A stretch of DNA of 32,000 nucleotides, taken from positions 1,590,001-1,622,000 of the forward strand of contig NC_017262.1 of the NCBI RefSeq assembly GCF_000175255.2, in the 5' to 3' direction. The stretch's first letter is position 1; each line of letters begins with the position of its first letter. Of this stretch, positions 29,839-32,000 are shown in pieces. The notes beneath the pieces were generated by a model. That model worked only from the letters and a program-made list of their open reading frames with translations, made no database searches and was not told the origin of the DNA. The stretch comes from Zymomonas mobilis subsp. mobilis ATCC 10988. Lineage in GTDB: Bacteria > Pseudomonadota > Alphaproteobacteria > Sphingomonadales > Sphingomonadaceae. The position numbers were made by a program, and so were the translations under genes.

Positions 29839-31026
29839 TCAGCCGCGTTTGATCTCATCAACGATTTTTAAAATGGCTTGAGCTGCTCTTTTCTCTGACT
29901 TTTCGTCAGAAAGATCAAAGCTTTGATTGAACAAGGCTTCTTGCACCGGCTTATAGATATCCATATGGCGCTGACCACTTTTGGCTAAAGCCTGATCAAG
30001 ATTGTCTATATCAGACAATACATCTCCCGTTTTCCAATGAAGGTAATTAGGATCATTTTGCCATTCGACATTATGGCTGTTCATGAAAAGGCTGGGACGC
30101 GGGTAATAGAGGAATTCGTAAATCTGGCTAGAAACATCACCGAGATAAATGTCCGCCGCCATTGTATAGGTCATATCATTGGAAGCCGCGCTTCCAAGAT
30201 CAATATGGATATTCGGCGCATCCCAGTATTTTTGAGCAATCTTTCCCGGTTTTTTGAGCCGTAACTGATCAATCGTCAGAACAAAAGGGCGATGAAACAG
30301 CATGACATGCGGTGCAAAAATCAGATTATAGCGGTCACTTTTATAGAAATAATCCAGAATTTTACGGCCATCCTCATACCATGAAGAAAGATGCGGAGCA
30401 GGGTGGGGGTTATATAAGACTGTAGGACGACCATTGGCTTGCATCGGTAAAAGACGCGGCTTTTCGGGTAAAAGACTAAATTTGGGATAGCCAATAATAG
30501 AAATTTTATCGGGATTAACCGCAGCGTCTTTGATAAGGCGATCTCTGATTTTGGAGCCTGAGACCAAAACATGGTCGAATAAAGCACTCATCTTATCAAA
30601 ACCGACGGCTCTGTCGCCTGCGCCATGGCGGGTGTGGATAATTTTTAGATGATCGAGATGGTAGCGGCTTTTGAGAATAAGCGATGTTTTTTCTGAAACA
30701 ACTAAAATATCCAATGACCGAAAAAAATCGAGATTATCCTTATAGATACCCAATTTTTTAACAGGCAGGAATTTTTCAAATGTATATGCCGCCAGTCTTG
30801 TCATCGGGCTGACCGTTTTTAACTCAACAATGTTGATATCCGGTTTATGGAGCTTTTCAGCAAGCCGTCTGATTTCTTTGGTGATGATATCATTGGTTGT
30901 TGCAATAACAATATCGAGATTGGGCGCTAGCTCCATAAGAGCTATGGCCGTCGGTAGTGCATGAGCAATTTGATGTGCCTGATCGTGATTAAATAAAAAT
31001 GCAACTTTAATCGATTCAGAGGCCAT
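29839..31026 (-). CDS. CDP-glycerol:glycerophosphotransferase-like / capsule-type transferase
   Basis: HTRHGAGDRAVGF, NPDKISIIGYPKF, VLYNPH and MAADIYLGDVSSQIYEFLYYPRPSLFMN resemble the TagF-like C-terminal region. Confidence 0.6.
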   Translation of the reverse strand: MASESIKVAFLFNHDQAHQIAHALPTAIALMELAPNLDIVIATTNDIITKEIRRLAEKLHKPDINIVELKTVSPMTRLAAYTFEKFLPVKKLGIYKDNLDFFRSLDILVVSEKTSLILKSRYHLDHLKIIHTRHGAGDRAVGFDKMSALFDHVLVSGSKIRDRLIKDAAVNPDKISIIGYPKFSLLPEKPRLLPMQANGRPTVLYNPHPAPHLSSWYEDGRKILDYFYKSDRYNLIFAPHVMLFHRPFVLTIDQLRLKKPGKIAQKYWDAPNIHIDLGSAASNDMTYTMAADIYLGDVSSQIYEFLYYPRPSLFMNSHNVEWQNDPNYLHWKTGDVLSDIDNLDQALAKSGQRHMDIYKPVQEALFNQSFDLSDEKSEKRAAQAILKIVDEIKRG

Positions 31027-31202
31027 GCTTTAAGTCATCCCTAAAAACAGGAGTTCCGCATAAAGATTTTGTTCGGATCATCTAAAAAATTGAATGTTAT
31101 CAAATCTTTGCTGATCGCGACTGTTTATCCATTTTGCTATTCTTCTTATGTCATTGCTATGTAAAAGAGAAAAAAGCCTATTTTATGACAAAAAGTATAA
31201 AA

Positions 31203-31269
31203 TTTTAAAAATATAAATAAATTTATATAATATAAATATATTATGTATTTTTTATATATTTTTAAAATA
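31203..31269. repeat. AT-only inverted repeat, 14-bp perfect arms
   Basis: attttaaaaatata (31203-31216) and tatatttttaaaat (31256-31269). Confidence 0.5.
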
Positions 31270-31314
31270 TAGATAATCTATTTTAATTGTTGTTGGCAGA
31301 AAATAGATAATAAA

Positions 31315-31351
31315 AAACCGGACATATCTATTAAAATAGAGATATCCGGCT
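31315..31351 (-). terminator. probable rho-independent terminator downstream of oxyR
   Basis: On the minus strand: ccggatatctctatt-tt-aatagatatgtccgg followed by ttttttatt, an imperfect stem with a T-tract. Confidence 0.65.
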
Positions 31352-31379
31352 TCTTATTACTTAAAAAAGAAAAGAGAAA

Positions 31380-32000
31380 TTAGGCTGCGCCGCTAGCGGC
31401 TTCCAGAGGTTTAAATTTTTTCTGATAAATATTGGTCAGTGTTTCTGCGAGTAAGTGGAATTCTTTCTCGCAAGGACTACCTTTACGCCATACCAAAGAA
31501 ATTGTTCTGGAAGGATATTGAGACGCTAATGGCCGTGCATCAATATGGGTGTTATCCAGCAAGCCAGCATCTATCGCCATTTTCGGAAGCAGGGTAATCC
31601 CAAGACCATTATCAACCATCTGCACCAGCGTGTGCAAAGAGGTACCCATCATGGTCGCTTCTGCCCGTAATTCGGGACGGTTGCAGGCCGCAAGGGCATG
31701 ATCTTTCAGGCAATGGCCGTCTTCCAATAACAACAGCCGTTTTTCGTCGATCTGATCTGGTGTAATAACATCAGGCAGATGGGCTTGTTCCCCTTGAGGG
31801 AAGGCCACATAAAGCCGATCTTCGAACAGATCAACCGAGGCAATATCCCCACAATGATAGGGTAAAGCCAACAAAACGCAATCAACATGACCACGATGAA
31901 GAGAATCGCAAGCGGCGTTTGTTGTTTCTTCCCGAAGGAAGAGTTTCAACTCTGGCCATTCCGCTCTTAAATCGGGCAGGATACGCGGCAACAGGAAGGG
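31380..32000 (-). CDS. oxyR: hydrogen peroxide-inducible LysR-family regulator OxyR, C-terminal part (continues past the window)
   Basis: PFLLPRILPDLRAEWPELKLFLREE; LLLLEDGHCLKDHALAAC retains the two redox cysteines at the C199/C208 spacing. The 31991 'start' is an internal TTG; the frame is open to the window edge. Confidence 0.88.
   Translation of the reverse strand, partial: PFLLPRILPDLRAEWPELKLFLREETTNAACDSLHRGHVDCVLLALPYHCGDIASVDLFEDRLYVAFPQGEQAHLPDVITPDQIDEKRLLLLEDGHCLKDHALAACNRPELRAEATMMGTSLHTLVQMVDNGLGITLLPKMAIDAGLLDNTHIDARPLASQYPSRTISLVWRKGSPCEKEFHLLAETLTNIYQKKFKPLEAASGAA

Noticed and set aside
31380-31991. 203-aa ORF taken as a complete LysR-like protein
   Set aside because: The reading frame is open to the window edge and begins mid effector-binding domain. 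It is the OxyR C-terminus with the N-terminal HTH outside the window.

Overview
This 32 kb window is mostly ordinary chromosomal housekeeping DNA from an alphaproteobacterium. Gene content and the AT-rich gaps suggest Zymomonas mobilis or a close relative; this is inference and I ran no search. From left to right it holds: the C-terminus of galU; a CorA/ZntB-type transporter; an L,D-transpeptidase; a small lipoprotein; yraN, rsmI and an LpoA-like penicillin-binding-protein activator; bamD; gluconokinase and a gluconate permease; thyA; a succinate-semialdehyde-type aldehyde dehydrogenase; ferredoxin-NADP reductase; two small acidic lipoproteins; a long AT-rich gap; a chagasin-like (I42) inhibitor; mlaA with a 12 x 9-bp in-frame tandem repeat; an ArsR-methyltransferase fusion + metF + split metH cluster; a metallophosphatase; lepA; a DUF3297-type protein; a LytS-type histidine kinase and LytTR regulator; two glycan or glycerophosphate-transferase-like genes; and the C-terminus of oxyR. 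I found no CRISPR, mobile element, rRNA, tRNA, toxin-antitoxin or defence island. The best second-look items are the perfect palindrome at the predicted ArsR-met promoter, the mlaA minisatellite, an approximately 50-residue acidic/proline insertion between the ATP-binding motifs of the histidine kinase, a perfect 10-bp hairpin in that kinase's leader, paired hairpins before the aldehyde dehydrogenase, and the accessory-looking AT-rich stretch around 14.0-15.8 kb.
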